Source: Octopus sinensis (Eukaryota). Taken from it: DNA of 64,000 nt. The position numbers and the translations under genes are program-made. Shown piece by piece: positions 12,231 through 24,500 of the stretch (its first letter is position 1; each line of letters begins with the position of its first letter). Below the pieces are notes generated by a model. It was not told where the DNA came from. It saw nothing but the letters and a program-made list of their open reading frames with translations, and did no database searches. The stretch is from contig NC_042997.1 in assembly GCF_006345805.1 (NCBI RefSeq), forward strand, positions 43,834,001 through 43,898,000, in the 5' to 3' direction.

Positions 12231-13938
12231 CGTATATACATATATATAATTCCTTTTGAAATTGCATTTTGTTTGAAATATTTCATACTTTAGATGGTGC
12301 AAAAGTCCACATAGGTAGCAGGCAGTACTGAATGTGTAGCCTTAAGAGATAACATCTCTGGAAACTATAATTATAGTCTGCCTTATACACATGTCATCTC
12401 TTCTACCTTGAGAGATGTCATCTAGTATTTTTTACTGTTCATCAAGAAGTAAACAACCTTAACTATGGAATAAAACTCAAGACATAATCTAGCTCTAATA
12501 CTATTCTGCTACTGACGGTGATATGCTGGCAGAATCTTTAGCACACAAGGCAGAATGCTTAGTGGCACCCCGTTCATCTTTACATTCTGAGTTCAAATTC
12601 TACCAAGATCGACTTTCCTTTTCATCCTTTCTGGGTCGATAAAATAAGTACCAGTTGAAAATAGGGTTTGATAAAATGAGCACCAGTTGAACACTGTGGT
12701 CGAAGTAATCGACTTAACCCCTCCCCCGAAATTGCTGGCTTTGTGTCAAAATTTTGAAATCAACCTTCTACTGCTGTGTGACTAGACTGGTAAAGCTTCG
12801 AGAAATCTTAATATATAACATTGAATACTTTTTTTTTCCATATCAGAGAAAATTTTTTATGGCTAAAGTAGACGATGAATGAAGAAGCTGCCTCACTGAG
12901 TCATGGATTCTGTAAAATCATGTACTCTTTTATTTGCTTCAGTCATTTGACTGTGGCCATGCTGGAGCACCGCCTTTAGTCAAGCAAATCGACCCCGGGA
13001 CTTATTCTTTGTAAGCCTAGTACTTATTCTATCGGTCTCTTTTGCCAAACCGCTAGGTTACAGGGACGTAAACACACCAGCATCGGTTGTCAGGCGATGT
13101 TGAGGGGGGGACAAACACAAACATACATATACGACAGGCTTCTTTCAGTTTCCGTCTACCAAATTCACTCACAAGGCTTTGGTCGGTCAGAGGCTATAGT
13201 AGAAGACATTTGCCCAAGGTGCCACGCAGTGGGACTGAACCTGGAACCACGTGGTTGGTAAGCAAGCTACTTACCACACAGCCACTCCTACACCTGATAT
13301 ATTATAACAGTAATATAGCAGCAGATATAGCTATACAGTAAGAAAGGTTGCAAAGCAATCATGTGGCTTTCAGTTCAATCCCACACTGCAGCAATTTGGG
13401 CAAGTGGTGTTTCCTACAGCCTCAAGGGGATTAATGCCTTGAATGAAATTTGACAGACAGAAGTAGTATGGAAGTCCATCAAGGATACACTCATACACAT
13501 GCCCCTGTTAACTCTTACAGTTTTTACCCTTGCCAGCCATTCTACTAGCGACCTATTTCTCTTCTAGTCATTTCCGCATGCAGTGACCATTTAACTGAGA
13601 CACGGTTGTTCTTTTCTTTCTCCATCTTTTTCTCTCCTCATCTTCTCTTTCTGCAGAAGAATGCACACTCACAATGTAAAAGACTTTTCTTCCTAATTTT
13701 CCTAAGCATAATAGACTCTGTTTTTTATTCTTTCCCTCTATTACATGTTTCGGTCATATGACTGTGGTCATGCGAGGGAACCGTCATAAAAGGTTTTAGT
13801 CAAATAAATTGATCCCAGGACTTATTCTTTGTAAGCCTAAAGCTTATTCTATCAGTCTCTTTTGTGGAACCACTAAGTTATGGGGATGTAAACACACCAG
13901 CATCAACTGTCAAGTGATGATGGGGGAGAAACACATAA

Positions 13939-13977
<39 letters not shown>

Positions 13978-15273
13978 AAACAATGGGCTTCTTTCAGATT
14001 CTGTCTACCAAATCCACTCACAAAGCTTTGGTCAGCCCAAAGCTATAGTAGAAGTCACTTGCTTATGCCACTTAAAAATAATTACTAGTGTTTGACTGAA
14101 CCTGAAATCATGTGGTAGCGATGCATATCAAAGACTTTCAAAGCCTCTCTTTACAAACTGCTTTTAACTTTGAACATTCTACTCTCTAATTATACTCTGA
14201 GTGTTTACAGAGAAGCCAGAAACTGCAACTGGGAGAGATATGCATTTATTTTCAAAGATCTTAATTCCTGAGCAGTTGGTAGAATTTAGTAATACCTATT
14301 TTGGGACATTACATTAATACTGATTTCTTTTAACTATACAAATGGCTAATACTTAGTGGTGGTTAAAGGCAGCAAGCTGGCAGAATTGTTAGCATGCTAA
14401 GCAGAAAGCTTAGCGGCATTTTGTCCGTCTTTATGTTCAGAGTTCAAATTCTGCCAAAGTCGACTTTGCTTTTCGTCCAACAGGGATCAATAAATTATGT
14501 ACCAGCTGAACACTGGGGTCACTATGATCAACTTACTCCTTCCCATGAAATTGCCAGCCATGTGCCAAAACATGAAAGCAATATTGGTTGCAACTTTAGG
14601 GCAGTGAGCCGGCAGAATGCTTAGTGGCATTTCAGCTGTCTTTACATTCTGAGTTCAAATTCTGCTGAAGCCAACTTTGTTTCATCCTTTCAGGGTCAAT
14701 AATATGAGTACCAGTTGAACACTGGGGTTGATATAATCGACTTACTCCCACCCCACCCCCGCAATTGCTGGCCTAGTGCCAAAATCTGAAACCAATATTT
14801 TTTAGTGGTTAGGTACGATTTGAACACATAGTCAACACTTTGATATAGTAGCTATTAGCATACTAAAATATAAAAACAATGTTTTGAAAAGCTATAGGAC
14901 ATAAAAAATGTTTTAACAATTTGTGAAAATATTGTTAAATGAATAGAAGCTATTCACCTAAAAAATGTCAGGAATTATATCTTTCATTGACCATCAACAT
15001 TCACTGTGATTATTAGTGAAAAGTTATAGATGTTTTATCAAACACGCTTTTATCCTTGATACTATGACCAATTATTTATGTTGTATCCCATTAACCACAC
15101 TTTGATAGTATCAAAGAAGAGAACCAACTGGTGGAAGAATGCCAAATCTAACACACAACAGATATTAGATAATAAGTTAGCAGATGAACAAGAAATATCA
15201 GAGTTTTATCAAAGAATCTCTCAAATTTAAAAATTTATCCTTAGGTTTGTTCATGCTTCAATATATTATTATA

Positions 15274-15580
15274 TCACGTCATCACGTGACCGACCAGACC
15301 ATCAGATGTTGTTACACATCGCTGGTCACAATGCGTTCGCATTGTTTTAGCCTTCGAATGACGCCACCCTGCTGGCTAAGCAAGCAGGCCAACAGAAGAA
15401 AGAGTAGGAGAAAGTGTGGTGAAAGAGTACAGCAGGGATCACCATCCACTGCCGGAGCCTCGTGGAGCTTTTTAGGTGTTATCGCTCAATAAACACTCAC
15501 AACGCCCGGTCTAGGAATCGAAACCGCGATCCTACGACCGTGAGTCCGCTGCCCTAACCACTGGGCCATTGTGCCTCCAC
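15274..15580 (-). mobile_element. SINE family A head with tail type 2; others at 3498-3788 and 33309-33602. Tail type 3 copies at 19850-20147 (-) and 55878-56175 (+)
   Basis: Same tRNA-like head, different 3' tails; TSD atattattata. Confidence 0.85.
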
Positions 15581-16149
15581 ATATTATTATATAACAACAT
15601 ATTTATACAAACAATTGGTCTTAATATATTAAACAATAGATTTCGAAAAATGTTACATCTGTTCAAACAATAATTCCTTGATTGAATGAACAATGCAAAA
15701 TAAACACAACATAATTAATATTCACCAAAGCAAGTAGTAGTTTCATGCTAGACATAGCCTGAACAGCTGCCAGCTGATCTAAGCTATCTGATTTATGAAT
15801 GTATGTTTGAGTATGTATTTCCTTTCACTGACATATTTACTGTAAAAAATCTTTTTTCTTGTCTATCTCTCTATATTATATACACTACCATAATCTTATC
15901 ATAAGGATACCAACCCAACTTGTCATGGTAGCCTTAGCTATAATATAGATCTGGTTACTAATAACCGCTACTGCCGTGATAACCGCTGAAATTTAACAAC
16001 ATTGACACCTTAACATGTAAACTTATCCACTGAGTCTGAATACATATCTAATTTCTGTTTTCACTCAAGCAGCAAAAGATAGCAGCCAAATCTCCCTCAA
16101 ATTGCACCTCACCATTTTATGAAAGGGACACGCTATATAATGTGATTTT

Positions 16150-16694
16150 GGGTTCCTTACATATAGGTAGCAGAAGGGAAGGTCATGGTTGTACTGCCTT
16201 AATCAAAGGCCCAATTTATCAGTGCAGAGCTGGAGTTAAACAAGAATAGTGCAAGCGTGAGGTGCAGGTGTGAGGCACAGGTGTGAGGCACAGGTGTGAG
16301 GTACAGGTGTGGCTGTGTGCTAAGAAGTTTGCTTCCCAACCATGGTTCCAGGTTCAGTCCCACTGTGTAGCACCTTGGGCAAATGTCCTCTACTATAGCC
16401 TTGTGCCAACCAAAGCCATTGGGTTCCTTACATATAGGTAGCAGACAGAAGGGAAGTCATGGTTGTACTGCCTTAATCAACAAAGGCCCAATATCAGTGC
16501 AGAGCTGGAGGTTAAACAAGAATAGTGCAAGCGTGAGGTGCAGGTGTGAGCACAGGTGTGAGGCACAGGTGTGAGGTTACGGTGTGGTGTGTGGCTAAGA
16601 AGTTTGCTTCCCAACCATGGTTCCAGGTTCAGTCCCACTGTGGTAGCACTTGGGCAAATGTCCTCTACTATAGCCTTGTGCCAACCAAAGCCAT
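16150..16694 (+). repeat. Tandem duplication of about 271 bp, indel-rich
   Basis: Copies start at 16150 and 16421; differences are mainly small indels. Confidence 0.85.
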
Positions 16695-16734
16695 GAGTGG
16701 ATTTGGTAGATGGAAACTGAAAGAAGCTTGTCAT

Positions 16735-16774
<40 letters not shown>

Positions 16775-17188
16775 TGAGTGTGTGTGTCTTTGTATCTGTG
16801 TGTCCACCAGCATCGCTTGACAACCAGTATTGGTGTGTTTACATCCCTGTAACTTATCGGTTCAGCAAAAGAGAGCAATAAGATAAGGAGTAAGTAGTAG
16901 GTGTAAAAAAGAAAAAACACCCTGGGGAGGAGAAGGGCGATTTGTTTGGCTAAGACCCTTCAAGGTGATGATCCAGCATGACCACAGTCAACTGACTGAA
17001 ACAAGTAAAAGAAAAATTCAAAGACCTGTTTCAGAAATACTACAGGTACACACAATCAATAATACCAATGACACTTCAAAGCACTCATTCTTTAATACTA
17101 GTTACACTGCAGATGCACTGATTTAGTGAAACTAGTCATACTACTGACACACATGTGTTTCTGTGAAGAGAAGGTCAACTATACTTAC

Positions 17189-17239
17189 TGGTAGCTTTAG
17201 AAGACACTGAACACCCATTGTAACGAGACAGAAGTATGT
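17189..17239 (-). CDS. SLC11A2: NRAMP exon (end of TM12): [17 protein letters not shown]
   Basis: 51 nt, ttttttcag acceptor, GTAAGT donor, phase 0 to 0; resembles the xWxCLIALG segment of DMT1. Confidence 0.85.
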
Positions 17240-17373
17240 CTGAAAAAATATTGGAAAGAGAAAAATTATCAAGAATTGTCACTGTTGAATAAAAATACCT
17301 TGATCAAATATCTTAGTAAATAATTACACATAGCTATACACAAATTAGAAACACACACACACACACACACATG

Positions 17374-17415
<42 letters not shown>

Positions 17416-20400
17416 ATTTACAAGATAAGGGCAGAAGAAAAATTCTAATGCCAGATACGCCGAAACAAAAAATTGTCGATAACCATTAAATTTATGCGTC
17501 TCGAAACAAACCGATAGAAATCTCTAAAAAATTCGTTATTACCATACTGGTCCAATTTCAGGGTTAATTCACAAGAAATTTTCCCCTCTTCAGTGGCATA
17601 TACAGGAGATATAAATGAAATACTAATTCATATCCATGGAAGAAGCAAGCACCAAGTCCTGAGCAGACTTAAGTACCCCAAATATATCCAAAATAGAAAA
17701 ATCTTCGGTGCACCTCGAGACACGTGTGATTCGAACTAGAAACCTTCACAGAGTGATAGAATCCAGAAGTGAACCCTAATCTATTTCTAATTGATATAGG
17801 ATAAAATTTTTTTCGGGAAAAGAATTTTATCAATGGCCAGCATATCAAAAAATGCCTTTAAAGGTAAAATTTATACATAATTTACAAGATAAGGGCAGAA
17901 GAAAAATTCTAATGCCAGATACGCCGAAACAAAAACTTGTCGATAACCATTAAATTTATGCGTCTCGAAACAAACCGATAGAAATCTCTAAAAAATTCGT
18001 TATTACCGTATTGGTCCAATTCTGTGAAAGTTTCTAGTTCGAATCACACGTGTCTCGAGGTGTGCCAAAGATTTTTCTATTTTGGATATATTTGGGGTAC
18101 TTAAGTCTACTGGACTTGTGATAACTTCTTCCGTGGGTATGAATAAGTATTTCATTTGATAATCTCGCGTATGTGCCGCTGAGAGGGAAAATTTCCTTCT
18201 GTGAATTATACCCGCGTATTGGGGGGGCCAATATATGGTAATAACGATTTTTTAGAGATTTCTATCAGTTTTTTCGAGACGCATAAATTTAATGGTTATC
18301 GACAGTTTTTTGTTTCGGTGTATCTGGCATTAGAATTTTTCTTCTGCCCTTATCTTGTAATGTGATGAAAAATTTTTTTGTTTTTATAAATCTAAACATG
18401 AAAATGTCACACAGTTATGGAGTCAAGAAGATGGCTGCCCAATATTCAACAAAATTATGAGCAGGGGAAAATTTCAATGGATTTTACAAGTATTGCGTTT
18501 TGATGGTTCTAGTTTTAATGAGTGAGCATAAAATATTTAGCCTGTCCCTAATTTTAATAATACATAGTATGTCAAATGTTTATAAAGAACCTGAAAGTTG
18601 TGATGAGGAGGACTTCTTAAATGGTGAAGATGTCTTAAAATGATGAGGAAAATATAAAGATAAACAAAACACCATCCGATTGTGGCCGTTCGCCAGCCTC
18701 GTCTGGCACCTGTGTCGGTGGCACATAAAAAACACCATCCAAGCGTGGCCGATCGCCAGCCTCATCTGGCACCTGTGTCGGTGGCACATAAAAAACACCA
18801 TCCGAGCGTGGCCGTCCACCAGCCTCGTCTGGCACCTGTGTCGGTGGCACATAAAAAGCACCTACTACACTCACAGAGTGTTTGGCGTTAGGAAGGGCAT
18901 CCAGCTGTAGAAACACTGCCAGATCTGACTGGCCTGGTGCAGCCTTCGGGCTCCCCAGACCCCAGTTGAACTGTCCAACCCATGCTAGCATGGAAAGCGG
19001 ACGTTAAACGATGATGATGATGATGAAAAGGAAAGTAAGAGAGAGAGAGAGAGAGAGACAGAGAGCAGTACTTACCAAATATATAACAAACAACAAGTAT
19101 AATACAGTACCAAGGATGACAAATAAGTAAATTGCCCAGTGTGATGGAAGTTTTCTCATGTAGATTATCACAAAGAAAAGATTGATAGCAATAACAACAG
19201 CAGCAAGAACACCCGTAAGAATTTTCATGGGCCTAAAAAAACAAAACAAACAAAAAATATGTAAGGAAAAGAAAGAATAACATTTATTACTAAATGATAT
19301 TACTTTTATATTACTGCTATAGCCCCGGGCCAACCAATGCCTTGTGAGTGGATTTGGTAGACGGAAACTGAAAGAAACCTGTCGTATATATGTATATATA
19401 TATATATACATATGTTTGTGTGTCTGTGTTTGTCCCCCTAGCATTGCTTGACAACTGATGCTGGTGTGTTTATGTCCCCGTCACTTAGCGGTTCGGCAAA
19501 AGAGACTGATGGAATAAGTACTGGGCTTACAAAGAATAAGTCCCTGGGTCGATTTGCTCGACTAAAGGCGGTGCTCCAGCATGGCCGCAGTCAAATGACT
19601 GAAACAAGTAAAAGAGTAAAAGAGTGCTTTTGTTTTATAGATTTATTTAATGGGTTTTATGGTAATTATTTTCATTGGCATCATGCCAAGGGTTCACATA
19701 CTATTTTTTTTGTATCTCTATGCTCAGTAAAAAATGTACCCGTTAATACAGCAGAGATGATTGTAATGAATCATGCATTTCTCCCAACAAAAACTGGCCT
19801 TGCTCTTAGTCAAAAGATATGTTTATGTCTGAATGAATGTGTGTTGTTTGTTCCTTCTCGAGCCACGCCTGGCTCATAAGGGCCGGTTTCCTGGTTTCTT
19901 GGCGTATAGGTTCCCCACCTGGATGGGACGCCGGTCCGTCGCAGGTGAGCTGCAAGATGCAGGAGGAAAGAGTGAGAGAAAGTTGTGGCGAAAGAGTCAG
20001 CAGAAGTTCGCCATTACCTTCTGCCGGAGCCGTGTGGAGCTTAGGTGTTTTCACTCATAAACACACACATCGCCCGGTCTGAGATTTGAACCCACGATCC
20101 CTCGACCGCGAGTCCACTGCTCTAACCACTAGGCCATGTGCCTCTACAATGAATGCGTGTATGTGCTTAGAATTTTAAATCAAAACTTAGTTCCATGCAG
20201 ACTGTATTGCAGACACCTACACCTACATTAAACTCTATCATAAATGTATGCAAAACATTAAGTTTCTTCATAAACATAATTTTAGATTTTGTGTGTAACA
20301 CAATGATACATACCTACAATAGCAAAAAGAAAATTTAAAGAAAATTTTGGAGATTTCTGGGTACTTACATTCCATTTTTGAAGTCATTCATCACACTTTT

Positions 20401-21478
20401 GGTGCTGGTAAACGTTAGAATTGGTATCAAAGCGAATGGTAATTGAAGTGACATGAGGACATTTAGCAAATCATTCATACCAGACAAATCATTGATTCCT
20501 TTGAAGAAAGCTATTAAGACAGTTGGCATAATTGCAATTGATCTTGTGAGTAAAACACGTTGCCATCTTTTCCAGTAGAGATTAAGGAAACCCTGATATG
20601 AAAAAATATGGATAAAAATATAAATTGATTAAAAACAAAATAGATTACAGTCAGTGAAGTTTACCGAAGTTTATAGGCATTTAGCAGTGAAAAGGGCCAA
20701 ATGTTGGATTATAAAGTATAAAACGCAAAGTACAAGACCTTAACCCTTTAGCATCCAAACCGACCATATCTGGCGAAAATATTTAACCTATTTTATATTG
20801 AAACTGACCAGATCTCGCCTCTCACCTCAGCCCTACCATGTCATTCTAAAACTAAAAAATCACATCACTGAAATCTCTAAACTACAAGATAATCCAGGAT
20901 TAATTCAAACCATTTTAAATAAACAAACATCACATTTGACAGAATAATCTGAACACTAAAGGGTTAAAGTACTTGAGTTTTAAATCTATCAGCCAATGTA
21001 TACAGGAAACATTATTGCATTGGAATGGACATGCAATCAAATAAGTAATAAATGCTAAGTGTATGAGTGTAATGTGGTGGCAGTAGACATGTCCTTGTAG
21101 TAGAGGAAGGACAAGGAAGACATGGAATTAAAGACATGTGAGACCAGACTTCCAGATGTTGAACTTTCCAGAGAAGATGACATGTGTCAGGGATGTGTAG
21201 TGCTATATTAAACAGAAGGCTCATGGTATCCATGCTTCCCATAGTATCCATGCTGCTCATGCCAGCATTGAAAAAGAAACAAATGAAGATGGTTATATTA
21301 TATGGCTACAAACTAGGCGCAGGAGTGGCTGTGTGGTAAGTAGCTTGCTTACCAACCACAAGGTTCTGGGTTCAGTTCCATTGTGTGGCACCTTGGGCAA
21401 GTGTCTTCTACTATAGCCTCAGGCTGACCAAAGCCTTGTGAGTGGATTTGGTAGACGGAAACTGAAAGAAGCCTATCG

Positions 21479-21515
<37 letters not shown>

Positions 21516-24500
21516 TTATATTTACATATATATATGTATGTATATATAGCAGTTTGGAAAAAGAGACTGACAGAATAATTACTAGGCTTACAAAGAATAA
21601 GTGCCGGGGTCGATTTGTTCAACTAAAGGTGGTGCTCCAGCATGGCTGCAGTCAAATGACTGAAACAAGTAAAAGAATAAAAGAATACTGCTAACTCTGA
21701 GAGAACAATTCTGTCATTAGCTGTGAAATGGAGAACATCATGATTGCTGCCCTTCTCTACTGCATATCTTCCACCAACAATGCCAAACAGCATAAAGCTA
21801 TTTTGCATTGTCTAATAGGGTTCAGAAACATCGGCATTTTGAAGGAGGGAGGAAGAGAGAGAGTGTGTGTGACTAATTACTGTGTGGTTGCTCCTGAAGT
21901 GATGACTTGTAATGACTGCCTCATTAAAAATATTGTGCAGGTGACCCTTGCAAATTCACTTGAAAGCAAATTCTATATCCATCTGCTTATAATTGGTAGA
22001 TAATTCTCTTAAGTGATACATATAAACATTAACAGTGATATTGTGAGTAAAGCATCAAAATTAGAGGAGTGCTCAACTATGGAAGTACAGAGCTCTAACC
22101 CTTTAGCATTTAAACCAGCCATTTCAGGCCAAAATATTTTACCTGTTCTATGTTCAAACTGGACAGACCCAGCCTCTCACACCTACCCTATAATGTCATT
22201 CTAAAAATAGCCAATCACGTCATCTTGAAGCTACAAGATAATGCAAAGATTACTCCAAGCAATGTGAATAAATAAGCATTACATTTCACAGAATAATCCG
22301 AATGCCAAAGGGTTAGAATACTGGTTTTGCTTTCTCCTTCAGATCCTCATACTTAAACAACCCTCTATTCAAAGGAAATTATGTGCATTTCTTCTATCCT
22401 ACCCCATGACATGGTGAGTCCACTTCTTCAAAAGTAGAAACAAATATTTCTCTTTTCTATTTCAGTTTAGCAAGAGCAGTGGTTCCCAATCAGGGTTCAC
22501 ATGAGCCCTGAAGGTCCATATGACTCTATATAAGTCCATATAAGAATTTTAGGGGTTCATGTAAGCAAAATAGTAAATTGGGGATCCACAGTAGTATTTT
22601 AAAGGTCCATAAAATATTTTGATATTGATGTATTTAATTGCAAGAAACAGCTAAGTTTCTTTCTCTAATGTTTACAGTTCAACCCATCCAAGTCAATGTG
22701 TTGGATCCCGAATAATTATACCCAAGTAAATGCAACAAGAGATTCTTGACAAGATCCACCAAGGGCATCTAGGAATGGAGAAATGCAAGCTCTGAGCCAA
22801 GTCAGCAGTATATTGGGTAGGCATGTACAAAGACATAGAAAAGACAGTTTCTACATGCCACATCTGTCAAAAGTACAGAAACTCACAACAAAAGGAGGAA
22901 ATGATATCTAGTGACATCCCAAGAAGGCCATGGCAAACTATTGGAGTAGATCTGTTCACAGAGAGCCAAGAATGGTATTTGATAATGGCCTGCTACTACT
23001 CCAAATTTCCATTTGTGAGAAAAGTGAAAGACCTGACAGCCAAAACAATCACTACAGTGGCTCGAGGACTTCTAGCAGAGCAAGAAATACCAGAGCAGAT
23101 CATATGTGACAATGGAACCCAGTTCACATCACAAGAATTCAAAAAGCTAGCCGATGAGTATGGGTTCAATATTACAACCTCATCTCCACACTACCCCAAA
23201 GGTCATGGGTTTATAGAAAGACAGGTGCAGACAGTGAAGAGAACACTAGTCAAATGCTGGGAGACTAAGGAAGACCCACACCTGGCGCTGACAATCCATT
23301 AGAGTAAGGGAGACTACTTATATTTGTCTTCACTGCTAAAAGACCCCTTTATTTTTTTTCAAGAAGAAGGGATGTTACACATTCATATCTATGTGTATAC
23401 GTAGGAATACGTGTGTAGAATACATCCCCACTTTTGGCACTATTTTGTTAGTGAACAGTACGAACTGTGTCTAAAGAAAAAAATGTATCACTACGCTGAA
23501 TGTTGACAGTTCGTGTAACATGGAAAGTAAATAAACACGTAAAACAATAACAATGGCTTTCATATTGAATTGTCTATCCCATTGGAACCCAAACTACACA
23601 TAACAATAAAACTAGCTTTTACCCCTTTAGCATTCACATTACTCTATCAAATGCAACACTTGTTTAGTCATATTGTTTTGTATTAGTTCATGTATTGTCT
23701 CACATCTTTGAGAGTTCGATGATATGATTGTTTATTTTCAGAATGACATTGTAAGATAGGTGTGAGAGACTGGATCTGGCCAGTTTGAACAGAAAACAGA
23801 CAGAATATTTGGGCTGTTTAAATGCTAAAGGGTTAAACATCAAATGGGTATAGGGGTCAACTAGAACAAGATAGTTATCAGAGGGGACCATAGGTAAAAA
23901 AAATGAGGTGGATGTTGGAGTTAAGAAGCACCAAAAGGTAGATTTTGCCGTTGTTCTAGCATATTCCATGACCACCTTCCTCACTTCTTTCTCACTCTGT
24001 CAAGGATGAATGTTTTTCAATATTTTCTCCCCGTTAGTAGCATAAACTCATTTATGGTATTAAAAATTATTTGTTTTGAAAATTTGATTTTTATCAACCC
24101 TAAACCTTACCAGTCATGGGATAAGCTACAAACAACAGCCAAATCTCCCTTAGATCATCTGAAAATACGTACTTTTCTTTTTTACCAAAAAGGCTTCTCT
24201 TATAGTTTTTAAGTGCATAGTGCTCCAAAAACTCACAAAATCAACCAAAATCAGTCAGGAGAGGGGAAGATGGGGAGGGAGTTAAAAAAAACAGTTTTTC
24301 GAAAATTGCTTTTTTTCTTTTTGTAAAAAAGATGCTCTAGATCATTTCCAATGGTGCCATGAAAAAAAAATCTGAAAAAACCTTGTCAAAACAGAGAAAT
24401 TCCAAATTGTTGGTGCTCCCTAACTCCAATGTCTGCCAAAATTGGTTGAGAACTACTGATCTAGAGCTTGAAGGAGAACATAATGACAACACTCAATAAG

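Noticed and set aside
15968-15985. Alternative terminal exon RLSRQ-stop (acceptor aaatttcag)
   Set aside because: Plausible splice site but a very short tail and no supporting evidence; kept only as a possible isoform
1-17189. Iron-responsive element downstream of the NRAMP coding exons
   Set aside because: Manual check of minus-strand CAGTG sites found none with a 5-bp upper stem and C bulge. If the terminal exon is at 125, the 3' UTR is mostly outside the window. Not an exhaustive computational scan.
22491-24460. hAT-like termini CAGTGGTTCCCAA and GGTTGAGAACTACTG as one large element enclosing the Gypsy remnant
   Set aside because: Flanking 8-mers do not match as a TSD; more likely two separate relics
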